Shown piece after piece: positions 28,051 to 41,672 of a DNA stretch of 64,000 bases. Numbering within the stretch: the stretch's first letter is position 1; each line of letters begins with the position of its first letter. The translations under genes and the position numbers were made by a program. The notes under the pieces were generated by a model. It was not told where the DNA came from, did not search any database, and saw nothing but the letters and a program-made list of their open reading frames with translations. This stretch comes from Chrysomallon squamiferum (taxonomy: Eukaryota > Animalia > Mollusca), in the NCBI GenBank assembly GCA_012295275.1, contig CM022678.1:12338001-12402000 (forward strand). The letters are read 5' to 3'.

Positions 28051-30039
28051 TTGTTCAGTTCTTACATAAATAACAATTATAGCGTAATTTAAATTTGGCA
28101 TTATATCAGTGATTATTTTGTTTGTCTGTTGAACATACCGAACATAAAGTTAAGAATACAAACATTGATGTTTTAAATTAGTATCAGTTTAAAAAGTATG
28201 TTTGAATGAAAATAAGTCCAATTCTGCAATTGCAAATACTTATTTTATTTACTATGTTGAGCACATTCAACAAAAAGAAATGCTGACAAATTGGTTATTC
28301 TTTTCAATAAATAGTGAGAGTGGTTTTATACACACTAATCTAAATACAATTCGACGCATTTGAAACAGAATTCTGTATAACTAACACTGTTGATAAAGTT
28401 GTTCTCTGAAACTGTTGAGGTTTGGATTCTCGTGAAATTTGTAGCCCTGAAAACCTCATCATCATCAAATGCCACAATAAATAGTCATACCTATTCTTAA
28501 AAAACAAGCAAAAAAAAAACAACAAAAAACAAACAAAACGAAACAACAAACATTTTTCAGCACTAAAAATTAAAACTGAAATGAAGCAGATATATAACAG
28601 TATTTTATTTTATATTATTTTATTTATTTATTATTTTCAAACTGTTAATCATGTATATTTATGTTATATATTTATTTTATATTTACAGATGACTGAACTG
28701 GAATCCATATGTTACCGCATTTTTCAAAAAAAGAAAAAAAAGGTTCTGGCTTGATTGATTTATCATGTCCCAAAGACTTGTATCACCCAGACAATCAAAC
28801 ATACAGGTACAAAATGTTTATATTAATACAATTTATTTTGTTTACCATTAACTGATTTTATTTATTGTTTGAAACTGTTACTTCAAATTCAAATAATAAA
28901 AATGAAATTGTAATACAGTGATACCTCAGTTCTGCTTTTGTAAACAATTTGGTTAAAAACCCCCACAAAAATGTGTCAGTTCTCAAAGTGAAGTCATTCA
29001 AGGAAATGTCTTAAGATGAGAAGATAATAAAGAAACTGCTTAACTATCACTGTATCAATTAATTTAGTTAAATCATATTTAAATATGTATTATTATGAAT
29101 ATATATAAAAGTAAATATTGTTTTTAGACAGGGTTATGCAGATATTGTTTACATAACCATTTAATGGGTTATGTAAAATTTAAATTTGTATATCCATGAA
29201 TAATAATAATAATAATAATAATAGTCATAATAATCATCATAGTAATAATAAAACATAGAAATAATAAGGACAAAGACAATGATAATAATCAATAATAATA
29301 AAAAATAAATTAAGAAAGAAGCTTTTCAAAAAGAGTAACAAACAAATATAGTTATGTTAAAGTATTTACTGTTTTTGAAATTTACTTACTTTATTTTTTG
29401 TTTTAGGGCAAATGCTGCTGAATATCTCAGCCAGAACAATGTTCTGCCAACCTGGTTACTCACCAAGAGGCTTGTAGACAGTGACAGCAGGAAACTAGTT
29501 AATGTAAGAGTTTTGTGTTTGACTGTCATGTTGTAAGTTAATACAGTTAACTACACCTTGATACAAATCTTAAGAGTAATTAATCTTCAGTATTTGTTTT
29601 TAAAATTCATTATATATTATACAAATAAAACATTATAAGAAAAGTATAGACTCTCGGATATATATAGATCTATATTAAGGTAGGAATTGACTTGTTTATT
29701 TTATTTTATTTTTTATTGAACAATTGATATCAATTAAACATTAACACTGTTTTTTAAAATATACATTAATATGAAAATAAATTATTATTTTATATTTTTA
29801 CCTCATCATTGTTAATATTACAGGTAATAATTTTTATTTTTTATTTTTGTTTTTACATAATTATTGTTGTTATTACTGTTGAAATGTTTTCAGCAACTAT
29901 TCCCATTTATTCAAATGTATTAGTTGTTTTCCTCCATTTCAAAAACAGCAGCTAATGTTTTGTTAATTTTAATAGTAGTTTGTTCTATACTGAAAATCAT
30001 TATTTTTGTTTTATTGTGTTAACTTTAAATGTCTGTAGT

Positions 30040-31698
30040 CGGCAGTAATTGGCAAAAATGTTAAGATTATGTTGTAGAGCATCAGGTGATTCTGCTAACA
30101 GTATTCTATCTACAATAGAATACTTCTTTTTTAAAATAAACATTAAATTCTTCACTAAATGTTGTAATTGATTCTAGTTCATTTGCCTTATTAGCTATAA
30201 GAATGTGTAGAGGTCAACAATTTGAAGAAACAGTTTCAATCAAATTTTATCCACATACAACTGTTTCAATCTGGTTTTGTCAACAGACAAATGTTTCAAT
30301 CTGCTTTTGTCAAAAGACAACTGTTTCAATCTGGTTTTGTCAACAGACAACTGAATCAGTTTCTGGTTAATAGCTACATTTACATCAGGATCAGCTCCTT
30401 TATCAAGAAGACACTGAACAGCATCAGCACTGTTAACATCACTGCTACTTTCAGTACCTGACTTTTCTTCCAGTTGTTCTCGTCTTTATCATTACATCTC
30501 TGGTCAGTGAGAAAATTCACTGTATCAGTAGATGCCCACATTACTGCTGCTAAAATAACTTTATCTCTGTTCTCATAATTTAAACCATTAAGTTTCAGTT
30601 TTGGTATTTCTTTTATAAAACTTGAATGCTGTGACCAGCAACAGTGATAACAATAATTTTCTTTTGTTCATCATATCAGTGGTAACCAGTTTCTTAAATA
30701 AATGGCTTATATCAACAACTTTAAAAGTCTTTGAGCTCTCAAAATATCACTTATTGCCAGGAACTCTGTAAATTTGCAAGCAAGAACATCAAAGCAGTCA
30801 GGTTTCCCAGTCATTATAATGTGACGTTTGTTACATGTTCTAACAACATGGAGAAAGGACACACTTCTAAAAACTCTGCCGTTCTCTTTGGAAACTTTGT
30901 TGTAAACATCAGAAACAAAAGAGTCAAACACTGACTGATGAATAAATACGTATTTATTGTCACAGTGCTTCAAAGAGATAGCACACATTACATTAGCAGT
31001 CTTACTAATTTCATTATGTCACTGTCAGTGTCATTTTCAAAAGGGTCCAGTGAATCAATGCTGAGACTGTCTTGTTGGAAGAAGATCAGCAGTAGAACCA
31101 GGTTATTGATCTCTGAAGAGTTATCATTTTCCCAGTTTTCCAGCTGATATGTAAGATGTTCTTCAGATTTGTTAAAAAATGCATCACCTCTTTTTTGTGC
31201 GTCACTTGAGTTAACATAATATATACACACACCTGAGGAAATCCAAACTGTAGATGAACTGTTGGTGACAGTCTGTTTACAATTTGTATTCAATGTAACA
31301 TCATTTTGTTCAAGAATTATCATTTAGAATTTCTTTCTTTTCATCATAATCCAGACAACTTCCTCAAACCTACAGGACATCAGTTTGACTACAATTACAG
31401 TTATCAGTCCATTAGTGACCTCCAACACTCTACATCCAAACCAAGGCTACAACTCTTCAGCCTTGGCCAATCATGAGTCCAGTTTTGAATCCACTGGAGC
31501 ACATTTGGAACATCAGTGAGCATTTTATACACACAGTGGAATTGGAATCAGCTTAGGGCTGGGAATGATTTAGTTGACCATTTGACAAATCCAGCTTTTA
31601 ACTGGAGGGATGAGTTGGATGTTGGAGGTTGAATGTTTACTGTCACTGAATCCTTTAACTACAGATGTAATCTAGAGACTCAAAGTAACATTTTCTCT
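30040..31698 (-). pseudogene. Single large exon of an nSTAND3-type NTPase-like gene (post-NTPase winged-helix region), decayed
   Basis: Acceptor at 31699/31700. EKKEIL, FGFPQVC (via frameshift), G.AFFNK..EHL..QL, LVLLLIFF and KYVFIHQSVFD match the recalled GFPxxC / FF..P / FIHxS motifs of animal nSTAND3 proteins. No Walker A seen. Confidence 0.6.
30228..30355. repeat. 30-bp tandem repeat, about 4 copies
   Basis: CAACTGTTTCAATCTGGTTTTGTCAACAGA; on the minus strand it reads as a 10-aa repeat LSVDKTRLKQ. Confidence 0.85.
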
Positions 31699-33312
31699 CT
31701 GAAACAGATTTCTTAAACTATTTCATTAACTCTGCAGTTCCACACTTTAGTATAATGATTGTGCTGTACTTGATTATATGGTTATTTAAAAAAAAATCTT
31801 ATATCCAATACTGGGGTGCTTAACATTTTTCTTTCTTTTTTTGGGGGGGTGTGTATTGTCACTTTTCTGTGTTCTCCTTACTTTTTTAGTATGTCTACTC
31901 ATGTTTATTTCTATTCATTTTCATTCTTAAAGTATTTCATAATATATTAAGTTCTTAAATTTTTTCATTTTCAGAATAAGTCAGTATGAACAGGGTGACA
32001 AGACGGTTATATCTGTTAAATAAATATTGTTCAATTTTTCTTCTCTATTGTGTCTGCTTCTATAAACATTCTTTGAGAATTTGTAGACTTCAGCATTCAG
32101 TGATCTGGTACATTCTCCATTCCAAATCTTGATCACTTCATCATTTCATATTAAACTACAGACACATTTCATCTGTGTTTGAAACTGTCATCTTAGCTTT
32201 TTTTTTCTCTAAACTGTATCTATCAAAGCAAAAAGTGCAAGAAGTGACTGTCTTGTCTCAGATGATAATATCACAAATAGCTGAGTTTGAAACAGTAGTA
32301 ACATTTACAAAAGTATTACTATATTAATTAAGTAAACTAATATCAGTTTTCTCAATACAGTTTCAGATCCATGTCAGTTTTACTCTCATCTCAGCTGCAG
32401 CCATTACTGCACCAGTGTGGACAAACAGGACTATACAGTTGTAATTTTGTATACAAACTAGCAACAGGTATATACTTGTATAATGTGAGGGCAGAATATT
32501 GTTTTATAGTCCTTGGTTTATTAACTTTTACTAATCTTTTCTTTGTATCTATACTTTCAGTCTTTTCTTTCTTTCATTTTTTTATTTTTCTTTCTTTTTA
32601 TCTGTTACATGCATGCAGACAATATACATTTATGTATTAAAACATGAGACTTTAATTGTCTTAAATATAAATGCTGAAAAGAAAATGAAAGTTTGAACAA
32701 TATTATACTAAGGCATTTGAAATAAGTTACTAAGTGTACTGATACTTGTAAAAGAATTAGTGGATTCACTTGTTCCTGTCTGGCTGGGAAGAAACTTGAA
32801 AATGATCAGACAACATGTGTTAGTAAGCAGAATTTCTCATTACAAAATAAATTAATATGAAAATACATTTTTAAATATTTTAAAACCATAATTATATTTT
32901 GAAATTTAAAGCAGTTTATTCTATAAAATTATAAATTTCTGATCATATTTAGATTATACTTTTAATATAATTTTATAAATTTTGTTTTACAAAACAATAC
33001 TAACACTAAAGTTTGATTTTAATTTAATTTATTTATTTTAAATTTAAATTTTATTTTCCCCTTTCAGACCATTGTCAGTGTAAAGCTGGCTGGGTGGTGT
33101 TTGGTGTGAAAACAACAGAGATGAATGTAGTGTTTCAACAGTTTCATGTCAAGCAAACAGCAACTGCAAAAACCTGCCAGTCTCCTATCATTTGAGTGTA
33201 AGACAGGATATCACAACTTGTCAAATGAAAGTATAGGTGAGTAGGATATACTTAATAAATAGTTGATTTACTGAATATTAAAAATATTTTGGTAACAAGA
33301 TGAAATTATAAT

Positions 33313-33690
33313 GTATTATTTAATAAAGAGTTATACGTTACAAATAATTCCTTATTATTTATGAAATAGTTATATGTTACAAATGATTTCTTATTATTTA
33401 ATAAATAGTTATATTTACAAATGATTTCTTATTATTTAGTAAATAGTTATATGTTACAAATTATTTCTTATTATTTAATAAATAGTTATATGTTACAAAT
33501 TATTTCTTATGATTTAATAAATAGTTATATGTTACAAATGATTTACAAATGTTACAAAGTTATACAAAGTTATTTGTATTTAATAAATAGTTATATGCTC
33601 AAAATGATTGCTTATTACTTTATTAATAGTGATATTACAAAAAATTATTCCGTTTTACTTAAAAAAGTAGTTAAATGATACAAATGATTG
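33313..33690. repeat. 39-bp intronic minisatellite, about 8-9 degenerate copies
   Basis: TATTTAATAAATAGTTATATGTTACAAATGATTTCTTAT; gives the 13-aa period seen in the spurious ORF 33421-33678. Confidence 0.88.
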
Positions 33691-35334
33691 ATGAATTTCA
33701 TATATATTTTTGTGATTCTAATTACCAAAGAAATCAGAATGGATGTTTTAAAACTGAAAAATTACATAGAAATAAGTTGATTAATACCTCAGTCACAAAA
33801 TTAACTTTTTCTACATTAAAATATAATAAATAAATATAATAATAAAAATATCATTTTATACTTGTTAGTAAATGTTTATTCAGAATTAAGGTAATGCTTA
33901 TTTAACATTGAAAGTCAGAAAATGAACTTTCAGTTATTAAATTTAAATTGTTGAGAACAACAAAAAAGAAACAAAAACAAACCCTGTTTTGTACCAGCTA
34001 ACTTTATTTTTGCAGTTTGGGTCACATTAATTTTTAAGAACATTACGAAAATAAAAAGTAATAATAAAAGTAATGTTTGACACTAACCATTAAAGTATTA
34101 TTAAACATATTCATTCATTCATTCATTCTTTACCTTCCTCATTTGTTCACTGTCTCCACCTTCATCAATCATTCATATAAACAATTTTTTTTTAGATAAT
34201 TCATCATTCATTCATTCATGTAAAAGATAATTTTTTTAACAGTTGAATGAATGCGTGGTATCATTCTTGAATGAACAATGAGAAAAGTTACATTTGTTCT
34301 TGTCACAGAGATTACAAATTTTAAAATACATTTTTTTATTCTAATTGTGTCAAAATTTGATAAAATTATAAACTATTTCATTTTCATTTGTGTCAGAATG
34401 TGATAAAATTGTAAATTAATTTATTTTAGTTTTGACAAAATATAATAAAGTTATAAAAATATTTTATGTTCAGTTGTGACAGTGCTGCAGTGAACAGTTC
34501 GTGTGAACAGGGCTGCAGGGTGCATGACACAGTGGAGCAGTGTTTGTGTAGAAATGTTTACCTTGAATTCAGACAACAAAACATGCTCAGGTGAGTCAGT
34601 TCTATCTGGTTCTCAGGTTAAATTGTTCACTTCAAGCATTCTTAGTTTATTCATATTTTGAGTGTAAGTATTATCTCTTTGAATCTGAATGGTCAGCATT
34701 TCTACCATTATCTGTTTTTTTTTTTATTATTAATAATATCATGCTCATTATATATTCAGCAATCAGTTTGCAACTTACATATGCATTTGTAGCTTTTGTG
34801 CTATTCAAATAGTTAAGTTAAAATTCTCAGTTCTGGAAGTAAGAAAAAATTCAAAGCAGTTAATACCGTTTCAGAAACTTGTCAGAATTTATGAATAATT
34901 TTTATTTTTATTATGAATAGTTATATTCCTGTAATTCAAACTTGACTAATTTTATAAACTGCTCAAAACCTCTCAGAATCTATGAATTTTAAATTTCAGT
35001 TAATCCATATATTTCTTATAAATAATTTGTGGGTAAATGATATTTGAGTAATTTCAGAAACTTGTCAAAAGTTTAATTGTTGTTAATGATTCAGGTATGA
35101 TTTCCTTGTTTCTCTCTTTCAGATACAAATGAATGTATTGAAAAATATTTCTACTCAGAACTGTAAGTACTAAGATGGAGGCTACACGTGTACCTGTATG
35201 GATGTTTATAAATGGGAAACTGACAAAATTATTTGTAGAGGTATATATAAATATTAATATAACACATGCACATGCAAAGATTCACACACATTAAAAAGTG
35301 CACACACAAACCTCCATATACATACACAAACAGT

Positions 35335-35620
35335 GAATTGAATTAAATCAAATCAAAAACAGTGAAACCAGTGAAATGAAATCAAATGAAATGAATAAAA
35401 TGCTGTTCAGAGAAATACAATGAAATACAGTAAATGAAATGAAATGAAATAATAATAAAATAAATGAAATGAAATAAAATACTATGAAATACAGTAAATG
35501 AACTGAACGAACTGAACTGAAATAAATGAAATTAAATAAATTAACTAATGATAAAATACAATAAAATTAATGAAATAAAATGAAATAAAATACAATGAAA
35601 TGAAATGCAATACAATGCTA
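35335..35620. repeat. Degenerate (TGAAA/TAAAA)n pentamer tract
   Basis: Repeated AATGA/AATAA/AACTG pentamers. Confidence 0.8.
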
Positions 35621-36469
35621 AAATAATTTGATTTGTCTGCAGAATAAGTGGCTTTTTAACAGAAGGTAAAAATCATGAAAATAATTAAATCACAACCCAT
35701 TGAATTATATCAACCTTCATTTTACATGGTAAATTGTATAATATTGTTTATACAAGTCTGAATATTATTTTAATTTTAATAATAATGTTGTTGTGTTTTT
35801 GTGGTTTTTTCAGGTTTCTTTATAATAAGCTTGTTTTGAGAATGAAAGAAAATGTGAGAAGTGACATTGATTCTAAGTGACTTGTTGTGTTTATCTCCAA
35901 GTTCGTCAAGTTTTCTCACCATACTGAACAAACTAAACAGAAGAAACAGCAGAAGATAAAACCACAACAAATATGAAGAACTGAATAACTTGAAGAATAT
36001 TGAGAATTTCTAGAAAGTTCCACACCAAAAGTAATATTTTAAAAACACTCACTTGTTATGTGGACTGCACTTACTGAAGAATATATAAATCTGTGAAACT
36101 GTGATTTCAGATTCAAAGTGTCATTCATGCAAGATACAGTCAGACATAGACCAGCAGACAGAATGTTTGGTCCAGACAGGAAGTAGTGATACAGATAAAG
36201 TGATAACAGAAGCAAGGTAATAGATGAGTACTAGCACTTAGTAACATTATTAATAGTAGCAATAGTAGGAGGTAATATAAATAACAATATCATAAGTAAC
36301 TGAGGGAGTACTGTAATACTGGTGCTTTATTATTTTTTTTGGTGTGTACATATTCAGTGAATACTATAAACACTTTTCATAGAGATATATAATGTGGGTG
36401 TTTCATGTTGCAGAATATATTGATCAGTAAATTTCATATTTATTTCGTTTCTGTGTTTGTAATAAATAG

Positions 36470-36940
36470 ATAGATAGATGCCTTAACATTATAATGGAGT
36501 TAGACATTGCACTAGATGTCAGTCTTATCTGAGGATCAAATCAGGGTAGAAAATCATATTTATTTCTAGAAAACGAGATTAAATGATAATATTAAATGAA
36601 AAGCATTCATCTGGGAGAGAGATAAATCGTTAAGATCTAAGACATTATCTCCTTTCAAAATAATTATCTCTCATTTCAATTCAACAACAATAAAAAGTCT
36701 AATAGTAGGTTTACAGTTTGATTTAAGAGTTATTAAGATTTAAGGTTTATAAACAATTCTTTTTTTAGACTATTATATAAAAGCTACTATTGAAAACAAA
36801 TCACATTTTCTCAGTCGTTCAAAAAAGAAGTTAAACAAAACCTAATAAAAAAAAAAAATTAAGAACGTCTGAAACAGCAGGAACACGTGCATGTGCATAT
36901 ATCAAACTTCAGAGGAGGGGAGATAATCGAAAATGTTTAG
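36470..36940 (+). repeat. Segmental-duplication partner of 2468-3205
   Basis: Collinear shared strings ATGGAGTTAG.ACATTGCA.TAGATGTCAGTCTT, GATAAATCGTTAA..TCTAAGACATTAT, GACTATTATATAAAA, CAGCAGGAACAC..GCATGTG and GGAGGGGAG.TAATCGAAAAT. Confidence 0.9.
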
Positions 36941-37023
36941 TGATTCTGTATCTGCATTAGGAAAGTTCTGCCTAAACTGATGATAGTGAAAGAACGTAGA
37001 TGAAGAAACACATACACAAATGT

Positions 37024-37026
<3 letters not shown>

Positions 37027-37111
<85 letters not shown>

Positions 37112-37927
37112 GTTTATCTCTAGGGAATAAAGCTGAGAGACTGCAGTGAACTTTACTATTGACAAAACATTATTAGGTCTTGTTTCGATCGCTTGTGTTT
37201 TGATAAAAAGTTAATTATATATGAACAACACAGATAACACATATTTCAAATTGTGGTCATAGAACTTTTCGAATTTGCAATATATACTATAATTAATTCA
37301 GAGCAACTAAATTTTATTTGATTAAAATAATGACTGGCAAATTCAATCGATGAAAAATTTTGTCACAATGAAACTAGAATTCACTGAACAATCTAACTTT
37401 TACATACAACCATAGCAATAGTATTTGTATTAACATAGTCAATGAACTGGTATTATTAATATTAGCAGTGGAAAAAGTAACACCAATAGCATTTGTAATA
37501 GTAGTAGTCGTAGTAGTATTCGTAATAGTGGTAGTATTATGATTAATGATGTTTCTACTAGTAATACTACTGCTCTTGCTGCAAATATTACTACAACATA
37601 ATAATAATAATAATAATAATTGTTATTATTGTTATTATTATTATTATTATTATCATCATCATCATCATCAACAAGAACCTAACTTTCATTGTTGTTATTT
37701 TTACTATTGTTAGCTTATTTATTTATTTATTTATTTATTTACTTTTTTAATATTGTTAATGTTGCTTATTTTGAATTAACAAAAAAAGGAACTAGGTAGC
37801 AGAAAGAGGTAAACTGTATTTATTTGCCAACATTTCACGACAAACACACATATACACTAAGGTAAATAAAATAAAATAAAATGAACTGAAATAAAATAAA
37901 GTAAATAAATAAGATAAGAACATTACA

Positions 37928-37983
<56 letters not shown>

Positions 37984-38597
37984 GTTAAAATGTTTATCTG
38001 GGGAATAAAGCTCAGACAGTCAAGTGAACTTTAGACGTGTCAAAACAGATTAGTAGGTCTTGTTTCGCTAACTCTTTTTTTTTTAAATAAATATTTCAAA
38101 CGATAGTCGTAGAACTTTTCGAATTTACAATATATATTAAAACTAATTCAATGCAACTAAATTTTATTAGATTAAAAGAAATGACTGGCAATTTTAATCG
38201 ATGAAATTTTTTTATCAAAATAATGTTAGAATTTACAGAACAATCTAGCTTTTACATACAACCATAGCAATAGTATTTGTAATAACATAGTCAATGAATT
38301 GTTATTATTAATATGACTAGTGGAAGAAGTTATAAAGTGGTAGTCGTAGTCGTAGTAGTAGTAGTAGTAATAGTAATAGTAGTAGTAATACTAGTAGTAG
38401 TAATAATGCTAATAGTAGCAGTAGTGGTAGTTGCAGCAGGAGTAATATTTTCAACTGTTGTAATAATCGCAGTAGTTGTAGTATTAACAATAGTTTTACT
38501 GGTAGTGGTCGCTGTAGCACACAGAGGTATTGTTAACAGCTATAGTAACAGTAGCACTCGGAATAGTAGTTGTAGTAGTATTTTTTATTTATATTTG

Positions 38598-38636
<39 letters not shown>

Positions 38637-38924
38637 TTGAATTTTATTTTATATATTTTAAATTGCATTCAGCGATTAAACCAATTTTTTCCTCTGTACA
38701 CTGTATTACCTTGAATACAACAAAGATAACAGAAGATTTATGTTAAGAAGTATTTTATCTGTGTCAGTCACGCGGTCAGCAGATTGTTGGAGACAGAAAT
38801 ATTTGATATCAGTTTTAGTCTGCACCCTTATTAAATCATAGAAACGCCTCTGTTTTAATAACAATAATAATAATTATATTATTATTATTATTATTGTTAT
38901 TGTTACTAAAAATTAGACGCGTTA

Positions 38925-39000
<76 letters not shown>

Positions 39001-39375
39001 TAACACTTCTAATTTTTAAAATTCATTTGAAAGGCAGTAATAATAAAGTTATTTGATTGAAATTAAAACTTGCCAATATGACCACAGACATAGAAAAATA
39101 CGGGCAAAATGCCACGTTTAAAAAAAAAAAAAAAAAAAAAAAAAATAGAAAATTTAATAATAATAAAAAATAAATTAAAATAATAACAATAAGAATCATA
39201 ATAATAATAAATAAAAAAAGAAACAAACAAATCTGCTAAGAAAAAAATTCCGCAGCTTATTTTATTTATTCATTTATCCTAAGTGTGCGTGTGTGTATAT
39301 AACAAGTGTGAGAGAGAGATTTATTTTAAAAATGTAAGATTATCATTGTTCAGAACATTAAAGGAAAAAATGCTT

Positions 39376-39416
<41 letters not shown>

Positions 39417-39950
39417 GTTGACTTTATCTCTAGCCAATAAATTTAAGATAGCCAAGTAAACTTTGCTCTTGAGAATACAGATGAGTAGGTCATGTTATCG
39501 CTAGCACGTGTTTTAGTAATAAATTAATTATACACGAATCGAACAGTTCTAACTAAATATAAATAGATTAAACAAATGATATTCTTAATAATAAACAAAG
39601 CAAAATTAGATCATAAAGAAATTTGAATTTACAAGACAATAATAGCAGTAACACTAATAGCAGTTGTAATAGAAATAGTTATAGCAGTAGTAATAGCAGC
39701 AGCAGTAGTAGTAGTAGTAGTAATAGTAGTTGTAGTAGTAGTAGTAGTAATAGCAGCAGCAGTAGTTGTAGGAGCAGGAATAGAATTAACAACTGTAGCA
39801 GAATGGTAGTAGTAGTGATAATAGTATTAATACCAGCAGTAGTAGGTAATAGTAGAAGTACTGACAGTGTGGTAGCAATGGTAGAATTAGAAGTATATTA
39901 TCAAATATAGTAACAATAGTTAGTAGTTGTTGTTAACCTCTTGAAGCAAC
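37027..39950 (+). repeat. Three tandem copies of a microsatellite-headed unit (starts about 37027, 37930, 39378), each ending in AGT-rich cryptic repeat
   Basis: After (CT)n or (GT)n: TTTATCT...GGGAATAAAGCT.AGA, TAGGTCTTGTTTCG, AGAACTTTTCGAATTT and TTTTACATACAACCATAGCAATAGTATTTGT in copies 1 and 2. Copy 3 is more diverged. Confidence 0.8.
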
Positions 39951-40473
39951 AATGCTGTCAGCAGTTGTAGTAATAGTAGTATTTATAGTAACAGTAGTAA
40001 TAATGGCTGTAGTAGTTGTTCTATTTGTAAAATGTAAAACAAGTTAACAGCAGTGAGAATGTTACAAAAAGTTTGTAGTAGCTGTTATATTACAAGTAAC
40101 AGTGGTTGTAATAAGTAAATATATAAATACCACAACCCACCCGTTAATTGAACAAACCCGGACCTGGATGTTGTATTTCATGTTAAAAAGAAAAGATAAG
40201 AGTTTATTGTTGATTAGTAAACTTTCTTATTTGACGTAAATAATTATCAGTTTACTAAATAAGGCTAATCATTGTAACTGAAACACCTCACCTGAGTTTT
40301 ATCTCCATCACGAGACGGTCAAAGTTCTCTTCAAGCGGGTATATTAGATCACGTATTTGTGTGTTTGTCTCATAGAACTGAAAACTGGTTTCTACGGTAA
40401 TACAGCCTCATTGTCATCTCTTTGTTGAAATTTATCGAGCCTGGTAAGAACTCCATTTTAATAAAGTTGCATT

Positions 40474-40515
<42 letters not shown>

Positions 40516-40601
40516 TTTTTTATATTTTTATTTATTCATTTTATTTATTCATTTATTTACTTAGTTATAATTATAATTATTATTGTTGTTTTATAATAAT
40601 A

Positions 40602-40670
<69 letters not shown>

Positions 40671-41488
40671 TTTTGTTTTGTTGATGTTATCAGTTTTAGT
40701 CTACTGAGTTTTACCTCGTGATAAGAAAATCAGTGTTACGTTCATCGATTAATACGTTAATAGCCTTAGCTGCAGATAGAAATGTCTATAAATGCTTTTC
40801 AAATCTAATCAAACACTATACAGATTTTTAATAGTCCTTTTAAACATACAGAGAATTTGTTGAACACGAATACGCGCGCACGCACACACACACAAGTATC
40901 TAATATGAAACGGTAATTAAGCACTCAGATAATTGGTGAATAATATATATGTCTATATGTGTGTCTCTGTGTGCGCGCATATATGGACGTTTATAAGACT
41001 TTTCCTTCTGCTCTTCTTGTTTTGCAATACAAAAAAAAAAAAAAAATAAATAAAAACGCCAAAAACAACAAGCAGTGGTTGAATATTATGATTATTTATT
41101 TATTTATTTGTTTATTTATTTATTTAATTTTGTTAAAAAGTATTGAAGCTTACACCCCTTCCTTTTTTCATTTCTTAATAAAAAAGTAAGTCAAGTTATT
41201 ATTATTATTGTTGTTGTTGTTGTTGTTGTTGTTCTGTTTCATTATTACTTGTTGTTGATATCGGTTTTGTTGTTCTGCTTCATGTTATTGTTGGTGTTGT
41301 TTTTGTTTTTGTTGTTCCTTTTTTCTCTTTATAATTTAAATTATTGAGCTATTGATTTATTTACTGCAACTAACACTGCGGCGGGTGCTACTACTATTTT
41401 AAAATAAAACTTTGTTATTTACGTTAATTTCTTAGAAAAAATTCTGTACATAAATATATTTGTGTTTTTCATATTGGTTAGAGTGGAA

Positions 41489-41672
41489 GGGTGTGGCTCA
41501 GTGGTTAGAGAAAAGTATTATTTGGTGATATGCTGTCGCATTGACCCTTCTCAACGCCAATTCCACATTATTTTATCAAAGGTCGTGGTATCTGGTTATC
41601 GAGATAATGTACCCGACCCACTGCATCAAAACATTTATTTTCTTCCATTCTCTTAATGCCTTAAACCATACG
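41489..41672 (+). mobile_element. Decayed tRNA-derived SINE
   Basis: Pol III A-box TGGCTCAGTGG at 41494-41504 in a GGGTGTGGCTCAGTGGTTAGAG head. No intact B-box or cloverleaf. The body ATCAAAGGTCGTGGTAT resembles a gastropod SINE core I recall. Confidence 0.55.

Larger units (their letters stand above)
28689..36000 (+). pseudogene. NIDO- and calcium-binding-EGF-containing mucin/fibrillin-like pseudogene
   Basis: Exons 28689-28806, 29407-29503 (VLPTWLL, NIDO-like), 32367-32467 (PCQ...CSHYC), ending 32822 (GFTCSCLAGKKLENDQTTC), 33068-33236 (CQCKAGW...RDEC...CQANSNCKN...ECKTGY), 34474-34590 (CEQGC...CLC...LNSDNKTC) and 35123-35240 (TNEC...GGYTCTC). Frameshifts, stops and lost cysteines. The EGF call is strong; the NIDO call is weaker. 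Confidence 0.75.

Noticed and set aside
41489-41560. tRNA gene
   Set aside because: A-box only; no T-arm GTTCRA or acceptor stem. Called a SINE remnant instead.
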